Source: Utricularia gibba
Lineage: Eukaryota; Plantae; Magnoliophyta
Length of the DNA stretch: 64,000 nt
Assembly: GCA_002189035.1 (NCBI GenBank)
Contig: NEEC01000008.1
Location: 1,240,001 to 1,304,000, forward strand
Reading direction: 5' to 3'
Position numbers and translations under genes: made by a program. Position 1 is the stretch's first letter, and the number at the start of each line of letters is the position of its first letter. The notes beneath the pieces are model-generated. The model was given only the letters and a program-made list of their open reading frames with translations. It was not told the DNA's origin and searched no databases. Shown one piece after another: positions 27,235-39,305 of the stretch.

Positions 27235-28120
27235 TCATGCAGACGATTTCGAGTAAAAGTGGATGGTAGCAGCTAAACCCAAGATGATGATCGGCAGCAA
27301 GAACTGAACTGTCTTGAATATGAACTCCCATGTTTTGTCTTGGTTGTAGTAAGGCTGCTTTGGAGGGGTGTACTTGGTTTCAGCAGGGATGGATGATGAG
27401 TTGATTTCACCAACGTAGAACTCCTCCATCATCGCCTTAGCCGAAGCGCTGTGCCCGATGTCTTCGAAGTCATCCGTAGCATCCTTTCCTGGAACACAGG
27501 AGAGGGAACTCGTGAACCATAAGAGATGCTGCTCTCCCTGCTCATCTCAACACCCTTGCCCTTGTCTATTCCAAAGATCAGAAGTCAAAAGAGTAACAAA
27601 ATCTATGCTGGTTATGGGTTTCTCAGAGACAATAGTCTCAGTTTTTCATTAATACTTCGCAATGGAAAGAGTTCTAAGCTACTGTTGAAGGGGAAGAACA
27701 AGAATAGTCAGGCTCATCGAAGATCTGGTTACCTGTTGAAGAAATCAGCACATCATCCCCACCGGGGTGATCTTCCAGGAATTTAGTGACATCGTAGACC
27801 TATCATCACCGCAGTCAATCGCATTGCAGAAGAAAGACACTCGGGGAATCTAAGAGAAAAACGCTTGTTTTTCACAAAGAACTAAGTTTCAGATCGTTGT
27901 TTACATCAATTCTTTTGTAGCTGGTAAATAGCAGTTGGAAGATCGGATTTTCTCAGGCCATCAAATGAATATACGAGCAAAGAAGCCGCCCAGAAAGAAA
28001 CAACAGCATTTTTCATCAACTACAAAGGGAGAAACGCAGTACCTTGCCACCAATTACAAGCCAACAATCCTTGCTGCTGTTGTGCTCTGAAACCTCCGCC
28101 AAGGTGTAAACTTTCGCCAT
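27235..28120 (-). CDS. CB5: Tail-anchored cytochrome b5
   Basis: Exons 28043..28120, 27733..27799, 27235..27488. [40 protein letters not shown], and a C-terminal TM segment QFLLPIIILGLA. Confidence 0.96.
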
Positions 28121-29275
28121 TCCGAAAACACCCAATTAAGGAAAGAAGCAATTAAGATGGTGGTTGGGGGAATACTTATAGAGCCGAGGGGAGGGAAGTA
28201 GTTGGATTGGGGAACTGGAGACTGTAAAGAATAGCGGCTGGCGACGCGACAGATGATCGAGCAGGTTTGGTGAGAAGACCGTGGTGGGTAAGGTTAGAGT
28301 ACCCACAGAAAAAAAAGAGGAAAACTAGCGGCTTGGGAAGTTTCTCTTTCATTTGTATAGCAGGTTGGCTGATGTAATCGCAATCCAGGAGAATTTAACT
28401 CCTCCTGAGTTGAATTGCATCACATTCCAATGTGGTTCCTCGCCTCAAACAACTATCCTAGATCATGGAGTCATCGTTGAGCTTTGAAGGGCTACCCTCC
28501 CACCAAACCTTCCACTGACCTTAGATCTATCCTACAGAAATGGATCGTGATTACGGGCTCCTTCAACTGCCACAAAAGAATTCACCTTCAGAAGCAGGAT
28601 GCTAATGACCCATGGAAACAGCAGGGATTGAGATGCATGGTTTGAACTTGTGGGATCGATCCCATACGAGATGATGACCACTAAATTGCAGCTACACAAA
28701 AGTTCTATGGCCAATGTGACAGCTCCCAAAACAGCTGCAGGTACCGTTCCACCTTCCAATAAAGAGAGGAACATTTGAGAAGCTGATTAACTTGGGAATG
28801 ATGTATGATCAAAGCTTTTATCCAAGTGCTCCATCATCAATTATTCATTCGATTCAATAAAATGATCATTCAGATTTAATAGATTCGTTAGTCTTGACTT
28901 GGATGTTGATAAAAATAAGTATAAATGTTATATGACAAAGAACAGGCACGGGTGCATCATCAATATAGAGATGTGTACGTAGATACGGACATGATAAATT
29001 TTTTAAAAAATCCTATTAGAATATAATTATGATACATTTATTTAAATTTATTATTGTTGTTGATAATTAATAATAATTCAAAAGTTATTGCTAAAAAAAT
29101 AGCAATCCAATTGTAAAAGGAGGATAAAACGAAGGGATGGATGATAATTAATGAAGTCGATAGAAAATATTTATTATTTTTTTAATTTTTTTAATAATAA
29201 CATTGTATCTAAATGCACCCATATACCCAAGTATAAGCGAAAAATACACGTATTGCTGATTTGCACCTATTAGTT

Positions 29276-29790
29276 AATATTTTAATTTTATCCATATTAA
29301 TTTACTTATATTCATAATTCATATATATTATTATATTAAAATTTCAGTTTTGATCATTACGTTTAATCGATTCGATAAAATGAATATGATAATTTTGAAT
29401 GTAAGCATTGATCATTTTAGTCATTTGACTAATCTAATTATAATTAATTATTAATTTTTAAAACAAATACATTAGATCTTTATTAGTTTATAAGTTAATA
29501 AAATTTATTCTCATATTTTAGATAACCACTATCTGCCATCTACCATGGTGCCACCAGTTGACTCCCGCCGCCACCAATGCATGGAAATCTGCTCGTAAAT
29601 ATAAAAATCAATTTTATTAAATTATAAAATAATGATGATTAAATGTAATCAATTTTTAAATACAAATGATTAATTGGAATTAAAAGAAGTTAATCAAATG
29701 ACTAAAATGACCTTGTTTACATTTTAATATAACAATAGATACAAATTATGAATATATAATAAATTAATATGATTAAAACTTAAATATTAG
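29276..29790. mobile_element. Foldback / MULE-MITE-like element with long imperfect inverted arms and a GC-richer core
   Basis: Left arm ~29276-29519 aligns with the reverse complement of ~29597-29790. For example, gatcattttagtcatttgactaa pairs with ttaatcaaatgactaaaatgacc (21/23), and catattaattta/atattcataatt/ttatattaaaat blocks are shared. No target-site duplication identified. Confidence 0.6.
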
Positions 29791-30211
29791 TATAACAGTT
29801 TTAATTACTATGAGTTTCTCAAAGTTAAATGGCATACGAAAATGATAAAATGACACAAGAAAAATTGCACGCCTTTGCGTAAATGGGGTGTATCAGAAAT
29901 TTGATCATCGTTTCATCAATGTGATAAAAATTACCAAATTTTTAAAGTTACTGTATAAATACTATTATCCATTTTTAAATGATCCTGTATAAATATTCAA
30001 TATTATATTTCCAAGCCCATCATAGTTGACTTGTTGAAGTTTACCCAAGTTGTCGTATTGTATTCTATATTATTGGAAGGGGAAGAAAACAAAAGTGGGA
30101 GTTTTCGGCACATGTTCCAGTCCTGATCTCCCTCGTCCTTTATGTTTCTGGGTGAGGCTTTGAAGCTGTGGGCAAACGCTGTTTCTGGGCTTCGACTTCG
30201 GTGAACGAAGC

Positions 30212-31088
30212 ATGGCTGTGAGATTTTTTTCTGTTCCCTTTCTTGTTAAAGACGAGATTTTGTTGAATTACTTTTTCTGGGCTCTTTCCTAGTAGATTTC
30301 ATTGCTTATATGCTGATTTTCAGTGTTTTTGCTCAAGTACTGACTGCTAGAACATCTTGCTCTCTCGCTCACCATTGTTTCAGCTGTGTAATTGCGCTTA
30401 GAAGAGTGATTCTGTGCAGTTTATTTTGTGGTTCGAAACTACGGAAGTGTTACATTACGATTTATGCAATAGGAATCACAAGGAAGCCATGGCCAAAAGC
30501 ATGGTCATAGCTTTCCCATTCATTCAGAGCATCGTCAGCCCAGACGCCGAGGAGGCAAAGATCCTGGTACCAATAGAGCTTCAAACACCAGACAAGGCAA
30601 AGGAGACACGAGTGTAAGTGTCAGCAGCTACCCTTTTTCTTCTGTTTCTTGGAGCATTTTCAACTATGGTTTTGTAGTCGGATGAGGAGGCAGCTGTTCC
30701 TCCATTCGACACACTGAATGAGGATCCTCCGGAAGACATATCCGGCATCTTCGCAAAACTTCGAGAGAAAAGGGAAACGCCTGGAAACACTGCAAAGCAT
30801 CGCTCTGGCAACACACTCCACACCCATGGAGCTTCAAAACCCAGCCAACGTAAGGTCAGTTCTTCTTCAAGTTGTATCATGGAAAAATCAACACACTTTT
30901 GCTTGCATCCAGCAAGAAACTAAGAAGAAGTTACAACTGCAAAAGATCTGAGCTTTGCTCTTGCGTCGGTATCCCAAATTTCTAGTGACTTTCAGTTCAG
31001 TGGGCTGTTCCACAACTCTAGGAAAGTAACTGGTGTTGAATCCTTCTGGTTGTAGCAGATATCCAGATGCTGCTGCTTCCCTTGGTGA
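30212..31088 (+). CDS. RIN4: RIN4/NOI-family protein, ~118 aa, lacking N-NOI and with a degenerate C-NOI
   Basis: In-phase exons 30212..30217 (MA|GTGAGA), 30473..30613 (|GTAAGT), 30678..30854 and 31059..31088 (NAGNAG acceptor). Contains KGDTS|SDEEAAVPPFDTLNEDPPEDISGIFAKLREKRETPG and the C-terminal palmitoylation motif SRCCCFPW*. Absent from the ORF track. Confidence 0.85.
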
Positions 31089-31829
31089 CACATCTGCTCG
31101 AAGCTGTGAAAGAAAGATGGAGTGTTTAAAACCACATCGGATTCCAAGTTTAATGTTTTATGGTTTCTGTATACATTGTCGATTTGTTTCCTATTTTTTT
31201 GATGGTTATTAATAATAATTGATGAATTTTTTGGAAAAATGATTTTTATCATATTATATATAGATCTTTGAATGAAACTTATATCGTTATATTTGATATC
31301 TGTTAGATATCAGAGTTAAATTAAGATATAATAAAACAAATATAAGTGATTACATTGAATTTCTAAGGGACGGAAGTTACTTGTCCAAGAAAAAGTGTAA
31401 GGATGTTAGACAAATTACATATCTGTTATAAACAAAATAAATAAAAAAATTTATATAGAAATATCTTATTTAACATTACATAAGGTTTTTTTCTGAAAAT
31501 TTGGAATATAGAATTAACGATTAGATATGTTAAGTATCAATATCGTGTAAAAAGAGAATATATCGTTGCATTGGATATTCTAAAATAAGCTATAATAAAC
31601 AATATGCTATATTTAGAATCAAATATATTATGCAATATTTGAAAATTTATGAAGTAATAAATAGAAAAAAAGTTGATCAAGTGATCAAATTGGGCGCGGG
31701 CCCCACGTGGCGTTAACTGCTTTTGTTGTGTGAGGAAGTGGAGGTATGTGATCAAATTGGTGGCGGGGTGATCGCGTTCTGAATCACCCATGTTCTTGGA
31801 GCACGATTCCTGATCGAGTGCGCGGATTG

Positions 31830-32480
31830 ATGGGTAGCGATATGGAGGCTGGGTTTGCGAAGCTTCAGGGTGAGGATTTCGAGTATTTCATGCAGACATA
31901 TTCGATTGTTCTGGGCCGAAACTCCAAGAAATCAATGGTGGATGTGGACCTTTCGTCTCTGGGGGGAGGCATGAACATTAGCCGCAATCATGCTCGCATC
32001 TTCTACGACTTTGCACACAGTCGTTTTGCCCTCGAGGTTCTTGGGAAGAACGGGTGCTTCGTGGAGGGCGTGCACCACTTGCCCGGAAACCCGCCGGTGA
32101 AGCTTGAATCTCAGGATCTATTGCAGATTGGGTATAAAGAGTTTTACTTTTTGTTGCCGGTGAAGAGCATTTTTGATGGGCAGATGGTTTCCGCGCATCA
32201 TGGGACCGATTCTCGTATGGGTTCTGCAAACCGAAATATGACGCAGCAGCGGAATTCGGGAGTGATGGTGCCCTGTGGCGGCGCGGGGTCTGGTTATCGG
32301 AAGAGCAGGAGGAGTTGGGCTGAATTTTGTGAGGGAGGGATCGAGGAAAACGGTGCCGGTGATGTTGGTGATGAATCATCGGGAGGAAAAAGAATCAGGA
32401 GCGGTGATGGGGCTGATGATAATGGTGGCGGTGGTGTTTGGGGATATGGCTCAGGAGGGATGGAGGACTCATCAGATTAG
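31830..32480 (+). CDS. Forkhead-associated domain protein (FHA1/FHA2-like), short form
   Basis: MGSDMEAGFAKLQGEDFEYFMQTYSIVLGRNSKK...NISRNHARIFYDF...LGKNGCFVEG...LLQIG, followed by a Gly/acidic tail. Single exon. Confidence 0.9.
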   Translation: MGSDMEAGFAKLQGEDFEYFMQTYSIVLGRNSKKSMVDVDLSSLGGGMNISRNHARIFYDFAHSRFALEVLGKNGCFVEGVHHLPGNPPVKLESQDLLQIGYKEFYFLLPVKSIFDGQMVSAHHGTDSRMGSANRNMTQQRNSGVMVPCGGAGSGYRKSRRSWAEFCEGGIEENGAGDVGDESSGGKRIRSGDGADDNGGGGVWGYGSGGMEDSSD

Positions 32481-33007
32481 ATCATTTTGTTCCTGCACTG
32501 CTTCTGTTTATACTCATTTACTCGTCCTCTTTTCGCAGCACCTTTTTTTACTCTTTGGTCGGAACGCTAGAAGTATTGGGTTCATGAGGATGTTGATTTT
32601 ACATTCTTCCCAAATGAATTTGCCTTCATGATCCGCATCCTATCTATTTCCAGAGCTTTTCAAACAACCTGAACGTGGGACGTCACAGGCAATGAATCCA
32701 TTTTTGTGAACCATTATATTAGTAAGAATGCAGTTATAGGATCTAGTGAAAGTAACTCTATTGTTCACTAACGTTCAGAAGAATCTTTCTTCCGACCTGT
32801 TGAAAACTCTGTCGTGCGTAGTTGGGGAAGAGTTCCCATCAATACAGAGCAAAGTATTCTGCAGGCTACCTGTATCTGAAACTAATCATGGCGACGGCCT
32901 GAACCGTGCGATTGTAAGGAGAACCAAAACTATGATATCATGCTGTGAGAGATGTTTGATGTTTCTGTAGCGAAGTACTGGGGTTCCAAAAACCATAGAA
33001 AAGCTGT

Positions 33008-33893
33008 TCATCCGTTAGCTCCTAGCTCCGTCTTCTCAAAGGGAAGAATCATGTTCCTTGACTCTGTCTCAGGTAAACTTTTGGCAGCAGGCGTACCTGT
33101 TCTTCTTTGGCTTTCTGTAAAATCAGAGGAAACTTGGTCATATTCAGCCTATTTGGTTTTGAAACTTGCTAGACATCTCACTCTTGTTGTTGATTGCTAC
33201 GCGAGTCAGTTCTAGAAACTCGTCCCAGCTGAATTTGCTTAGTTCTTGCTTCTCCTCTTCGGGAAGTTCAAAATTGGGTTCTCTTCCACACATGAACGCA
33301 GCCCTGAAGTGCAAACTGTCATGAAGTGGATCTGCTTTGATGTAGCGGATGTCACAGTACCTGTCGTACAAGCGGGCAGCCTCTTCTTGGGACGCAACAG
33401 TCCCCAAATGGATCTGTTTCTTGTCGACTTTGATGGCGGCTTGCCATTTCAGGTTCTTGAAATATACACCTCTCATGATGCAAGGTTCCTGGTTTTCAAC
33501 CCGCTTTCTGCGGTGCTGCTTTCTCCTTCTAATCTCTGGAACCATAGATGCATGCTGCAGCTGCGCTTTTGATGAAGAATAGACAGAAACATATGATGTA
33601 TAGATCCCATTTCCTGAAGTAGTTTCCTACCCAATACAACATATCACAGTCTCAGATGCTGCATTCGTGACAGGACAAAAAAAGAATGGATCTTGAGACC
33701 GTAATCTTACTTCTTTTGCCTTGAAAGCATCGTGATTAGAAGGCAGATGATTTGTGCTCGATTTATGTTCTACGCCATTTTTCAGAAACGCAACAGTTAG
33801 CAGACATATTTAGGCTCCAAGTCATAACAAAAAACAGAGAAGAAGAATACCAGTGGGCAATGCTAACAGTCTTCGTCTTCTGATGCTCACCAT
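33008..33893 (-). CDS. AP2/ERF-like transcription factor (At4g13040/APD1-like)
   Basis: MVSIRRRRLLAL start. RRRKQHRRKRVENQEPCIMRGVYFKNLKWQAAIKVDKKQIHLGTVASQEEAARLYDR|AAFMCGREPNFEL. Stop at 33008. 5'UTR introns extend to ~34600. Confidence 0.9.
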
Positions 33894-36697
33894 TTCTGCT
33901 GCTGCTGGTTATCAGTCACCTGAATGACGACATCAAAAGCCAAAAAATGATGATGAGGGCGGAGGAAGAGTTCAGAAACTGAGGCATAGAAGAAGCTTTG
34001 GAATCGGCAGCCAACTTTTCTATCCAAGGGGAAGAAACCACATCCAGAACTGGTAAGAAGGCTACAGACAGTATCTACAGAAACAATTCGTGCGTATTGA
34101 ACTCAAAATAGCAGCAAAACAAGCTCATTTCTTCAGAAACAAGAAAAAATCATCATTCCTTTCCAGGATTACGCCCAAAGAAACCACCTTTTCAGAAGTC
34201 AACCGAGTTTCGGGAAGAAGCGAAACGCGAAAACAAAACCAGGGTAGGAAAGAATTCATTCGTCCATTCAATCAGCAACCACCCCAATAAAGTGGAAGCA
34301 ACTACTTAATAGCTGGAATCCTCCACCAATAATCGTCAAGTCAACAACAAACGCCGACACAGTTAAAAACCAAAAACCTCAGAACCACAACCTGTGTTTT
34401 CGAAAGTTGATGAGAATGTGAAGTAGACTACAGTCACATATTGACGCAAAGAAGGGTGATTTGCAAATGCCCACCAAGCAAGTCTACTGAAATCGTGGAT
34501 GCGTGGAAACCAGGCAAGCTAGAGGCGTAGTTTGGTTTGAAACGAGCGGAGGGAACCGCAAACTAGCTCCTGATTGTCTGCAGGAAATGGGCAGAAAAGG
34601 AGACAAAGGAAGAAGGTGTGGAAAGGCTTTTGCGGGGTGTTTCCTTTACTCATTCATCTACTTCTTCATTACTAGCGTTTGGTTTTCCCTTTCTTTTTTG
34701 TTTGCTGGGGATTTACTTTACTCCCATTATCATTGTCTGTTGAGTTGAATGGAAGTGGGAGATACACATTTACTTACAGACAGGAGCCGTCGATGGCTGC
34801 GCAGCTAACAAAAGTACAAAACCATAGACGATTCAATTCATCGCATGTGAATGGACGGAGTTGCCCCCACCAAGAATATCCCGATTCTAGTGCCGAGAAA
34901 TTACCACACTACCCCTAAATTACGACACTACCCTTGATCCCAAAAATTGTGAAAATACTTGAACTTCAGATAATTATGTAGTAATAAGTTTTATTTAAAA
35001 TAACTTGTTTAATTTCAGATAATTTTAAACTTTTTACATATAAAAAACTGAACCTTTGTTTGGAACATGTTTTGTAGTAGAACATTATTAAATATAAATA
35101 AGTTTTTCTTTAAAAATTCTAAAATTTAGGAATTTTTTTTATTTTTAAGAAATTGTAGAATCTCAACTTATTTTTTTAAGAAAATATTTCTCAAGAATTT
35201 TTTTTCAAAAAATTATATTAATTGATTTAATTAAATAGTATCCAATATAACTAAATTCATTTAACAAACACATTCAAATTTAATTCTACAAAGTCCATTT
35301 ACTATACATCATGTAATTTAAATTTTATACAGAACTACCAAATATTATTTAATAATACTCATTTCCTTCTTCTCACCAAAGGTAAATTACCATACTACCC
35401 TCTCGTTTATCTATTTGTGGAGTGATGACGTTTGTGCTTATTTGAATTGGTAGATTTATTTATATTACCATCTAAATAAAGTTGAGTTGACCGGGTACGG
35501 GTAGAGGGGCCTTTTCGACTTTTCACAATTTAAACGCCGTCGGTTTACCGTGTACCGGTTGGTAACCTGAAAATGTACAAAACAGCGCCGACCAACCCTC
35601 CTGCCACCTGCCCTACTGCCTCATTTTTTTGAACTTCCTTTCCCAAACTGCCCCCTAACTTGGGATTCATTATTCACCCAAATTTAATTAATGGATATTA
35701 TAAAATAGATGTCAAGGTAACAATCAATGTGGAATGGACTAGTAATACAATTAGCATTCATATATTATATATAGTTGATGGAACTTAACAAAAATTACAA
35801 TTTAAAGCATATAGAGGGAACATCAATGAGTTAATGTTCATCATTATTTAACACCTACCATGGCGTTTAGTAGTTAGCTTCTAGATTAAGTTTATAAAAA
35901 TTTGATTGTTGTGTATGTGGATATATTTATACTAGGTGCACGTAAAACCTAAGTAGTGTGTTTGATTGATGTTGTCATGATCTACGATATACTTATATGA
36001 TATTATCTAATTCGAATATTTAATTTCATAGTTTTACATTATCTCCTTTTTGAAAAAAAGATTTAAATAATTCATCTATATAAACATATTTTTATTTTCT
36101 ATCTGTAACCAATCTAAAATACTGTTACCAGCTCATAACTTTACCTTCAATTTAAATTAAGGTAGTATAGAGGGATTAAATTTGAGTAGTGTTGAGTTGG
36201 TGAGATTAGAATTGAAATGAAATGGTATTAATTAAATCGAAATGAGAATGTGATTTTAAATAAACTCATGCACATGATATTAAAATATTTTATATAATTC
36301 CAGATTTATTTAAAAGTATAGAGGTATTTTTATGCTCACTTTTAAAAGACATATTCGTATTTATTTTTTAATTTATCTAATTTTCGTCTACTCTGTGAAT
36401 TCAAAAGTAAATTATTGATAACTAATGATGCAATCTTTGTATAGTAAAAATTAACACACAATCAACAAAAAATCTGAAAATTTTTGGATATGCTTCAATA
36501 TTGAGATAATTGATGTGCTTTTTAATTAAAAAAAAAAGAACTTGTGTACACGGGCCATTGGCCCAAAATAAGAGTGGTGTGCGAACCTCGGTAGTTGTTT
36601 ACTTTTATGCAACTTATTTATTTGGGGGGTCGGAGGTAGGCATCCGATTAGGGCTTGAAGAAAGGCGGCGGCGAGGACGAGATTTGTGCATATCATA

Positions 36698-37153
36698 ATG
36701 ATTTACGACGTGAATTCTCCGCTTTTCCGGTCGTTCCTGAGCCAGAAGGGAGGCCCTTCGGATAAGAAGTACGTCTCGCGCTTCGATTTTCGAGTTGTGT
36801 TATTTTCCTCTTGACTGTGTGCGTCGGTGAGGGTTAATCGAATTTTACTGCTTCATCCTTTTCGAAAATGGGTTTCTGTCAGACTGCATTTTTTTTATTG
36901 GATTTTCCTCTTGGGTCTTTGGTTGTGGAAGAAGGTTTTAGGCATCATCGTATTAAGCCGTTTTTTGTTGGTTCGACGCTGCTTTCTTGCCAAAGTGAAC
37001 TTCTGTTAGTCTAAAGCACAATTTTGGAGGGATATAAATAATGGTTTCGCTTTATTCAGTTAATTGTTTCTTGCTAGCAGGAAAACTGAAGAACAAAGGC
37101 CGAAGGAGCAGAAGCCGAAAGCTAGCGAGAATAAGCCTGTTATGACGGAATAA
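36698..37153 (+). CDS. Wound-induced basic protein (PvPR4-like), 47 aa
   Basis: join(36698..36768,37081..37153) gives MIYDVNSPLFRSFLSQKGGPSDKKKTEEQRPKEQKPKASENKPVMTE*, a conserved plant microprotein. Below the ORF-track size cutoff. Confidence 0.95.
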
Positions 37154-38303
37154 TGGAGGCCTTGGCTTCAGTGGGTTTCTGTGAATCTTACATGCGGTGT
37201 CACCAAGAGGCTACTTTTTCTTGTAACTGTGTAGTGCCTGTGACATAGAGATTTTTCATCGATGCTGTCTCCGTACGCCGTCTGCCCGGTTTTCCTTTGG
37301 TATCATGAATTGTCTATCAGAATTATCTCTGTCAATGATGCAAAAGAATTTCTGGTTGTTTGGTCAAGCCATTACTTACCACTGTATCTATGCTTTGCAT
37401 GGTTCGGTTCTATATCTAGGGTAGGACATATATGTTGAGTTGGGGGTAAAATGGTTGCTGAATTCCGTGATTAATGCTTTCTTATTGTGGGATCTAACCT
37501 CTTCGCTAGCATGGTCCATGTCATGAATCACTTAGCCTTGCTTCTTTTCCTCTACCCAGAATAGCTTTTCCACCTTCACCATGTGGTGCTGCCTATAAAA
37601 GTGAATAATTGTTACCGACAGGCTACACGGACCAGCAGACAATTGGGGTCCCTAGAGTTGAAAAGCTTTGTGAGTAGAAGCTATAAGGTGTGAAACACGG
37701 TTCGGTCCATATGCAAAGGAGTTTCTTCCCATGTGATATCCTTTTACCTTTTAATCGTTTAAAACCCTTTCAAATTCTCCATCAATCAACCTCATGATTT
37801 AGCTGCTTTTTTTGTCACCGGATTATGCTCCATCCATCAATCACCAGAAGGCTTCCAGGTCAGTTCCTGTGGGGTTTCTTAGCACATCTGTTCATTAGGT
37901 TCCTTTTCACGTTTTTTGAACCAGTATCATGAATATGGTTGTAAGCTTAATTAATATGATCGATCCTTCAATTTGGCATGAGCCCTGGACACTTCCTTTT
38001 CTTATTAAGTGCATGAATTTAACGTGTCATGACACCCTCCAGAGGTGTTGATTAGAATGGCTGTCTGTTATGGGGAGTCAATACTCTTAACACCTTTCTC
38101 ATATCCTACCAATGTTTTCATGATCCATGGACCGGTAGTTCGATCCTTATCACCCTCCTGGTGGAACTCTTCGAGCCTGGTTGGTTTTTAAAACACAACT
38201 CATGAAGAAGGGTCTTTCCTTGGCAGTTGCCACTGTTCACGGCGTGGTCTTCTTCTCCCAAGTTCTGCACAAACTCTTGAAGATTTTGGATTTCTCTGCA
38301 GAA

Positions 38304-39305
38304 ATGGAGCTGCGGAGCCGTGAGGCCAAATTTTCAGCTCTCGTGTTGTTTGACTTGTTATCTGCCCTGCTCTCCTTCATGATCTCCCATCCTCTCTATT
38401 TGTTCTACTTGATTTTGTTTACCCCCTGCCTTCTCAAACTCGTCTCTTTTTTCTGCCCTCTGTTCTTGGCCATGTGCCTCCTCTCCGCCGCACTATTGAC
38501 CTCCCAACAAAGTTTCCGTTCCCCTGAGTTAGTGGGTAAAAGCAGGGGTTTCCCTGGATCTTCCATTGCTGCCGCTGTGAACTTGAGTTCCGAGGAAGAA
38601 GAGTTTATGGGTTTTTGGGATCTTGGAATTGGAGAATTCCTTTTTGGATCATCTGTGATGGAGATCGAAAGCGCCGATGATGTTAGTGGGAAGGAGGAAG
38701 GAAAATCAGCTCAGACGCAGGACTGTGCGGTGGTGCTCTCTGAAGAAGTAAAGCAAGACAAAGTGGAGGTGGTTTTCAATCCCGTGACTGTAAACCCATG
38801 TGATGATTCCGAGGAACCAGAGAGAACGAGTGTGGATCGTTCGTTGAACGGGGAAGATGAAGCAGCACCTGAAAACATAAGCCAGGCTGGAGCTCCGACC
38901 CGGATCAGCAGCAACAAATTTCAACGCAGCAGTGGCCTCAACGTGTCCAAGGAGTGGAGGAAGACGTTGGGATGCCAGCTGTTGGAGGAGCGGCAAGGAG
39001 GCGGATGCGCCGCCGCCGACGGGATGGACTCGTTGTGGGAGGTGCAGGAGGTGGAGGTGAATATTCCGGACAGAACGAAGTCCAAACTCTCCGCGAAAGA
39101 CGATGAGGAAGAGAGCGGCGGCGAGGAAGTGGCGGTGGTGTGCTGCCTGCAGGGCCTGAAGTTGTCGGCCGGAAAAATGAGTCTCGGAGTCGGGCGGCGG
39201 AAGCTGCGGAATATTACCAAGGCCATTAAAAGGTACGGTTGGCTGCAGCGCCATGTTCAGGTGAACCAGAAGGTCCATGACAATGGCGACAGTTACAACC
39301 ACTAA
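38304..39305 (+). CDS. Uncharacterised acidic membrane protein (At3g25130-like)
   Basis: Single exon. N-terminal TM region ISHPLYLFYLILFTPCLLKLVSFFCPLF, acidic middle, GMDSLWE, and C-terminal CCLQGLKLSAGKMSLG...ITKAIKRYGWL. The ATG follows a tctctgcag acceptor, implying a 5'UTR intron. Confidence 0.8.
   Translation: MELRSREAKFSALVLFDLLSALLSFMISHPLYLFYLILFTPCLLKLVSFFCPLFLAMCLLSAALLTSQQSFRSPELVGKSRGFPGSSIAAAVNLSSEEEEFMGFWDLGIGEFLFGSSVMEIESADDVSGKEEGKSAQTQDCAVVLSEEVKQDKVEVVFNPVTVNPCDDSEEPERTSVDRSLNGEDEAAPENISQAGAPTRISSNKFQRSSGLNVSKEWRKTLGCQLLEERQGGGCAAADGMDSLWEVQEVEVNIPDRTKSKLSAKDDEEESGGEEVAVVCCLQGLKLSAGKMSLGVGRRKLRNITKAIKRYGWLQRHVQVNQKVHDNGDSYNH

Noticed and set aside
30581-30880. Minus-strand ORF overlapping the RIN4 locus
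   Set aside because: Antisense shadow. The plus-strand exon chain has consensus splice sites and family motifs.
38706-39302. 198-aa minus-strand ORF
   Set aside because: Antisense shadow of the GC-rich At3g25130-like CDS, with no recognisable motifs.
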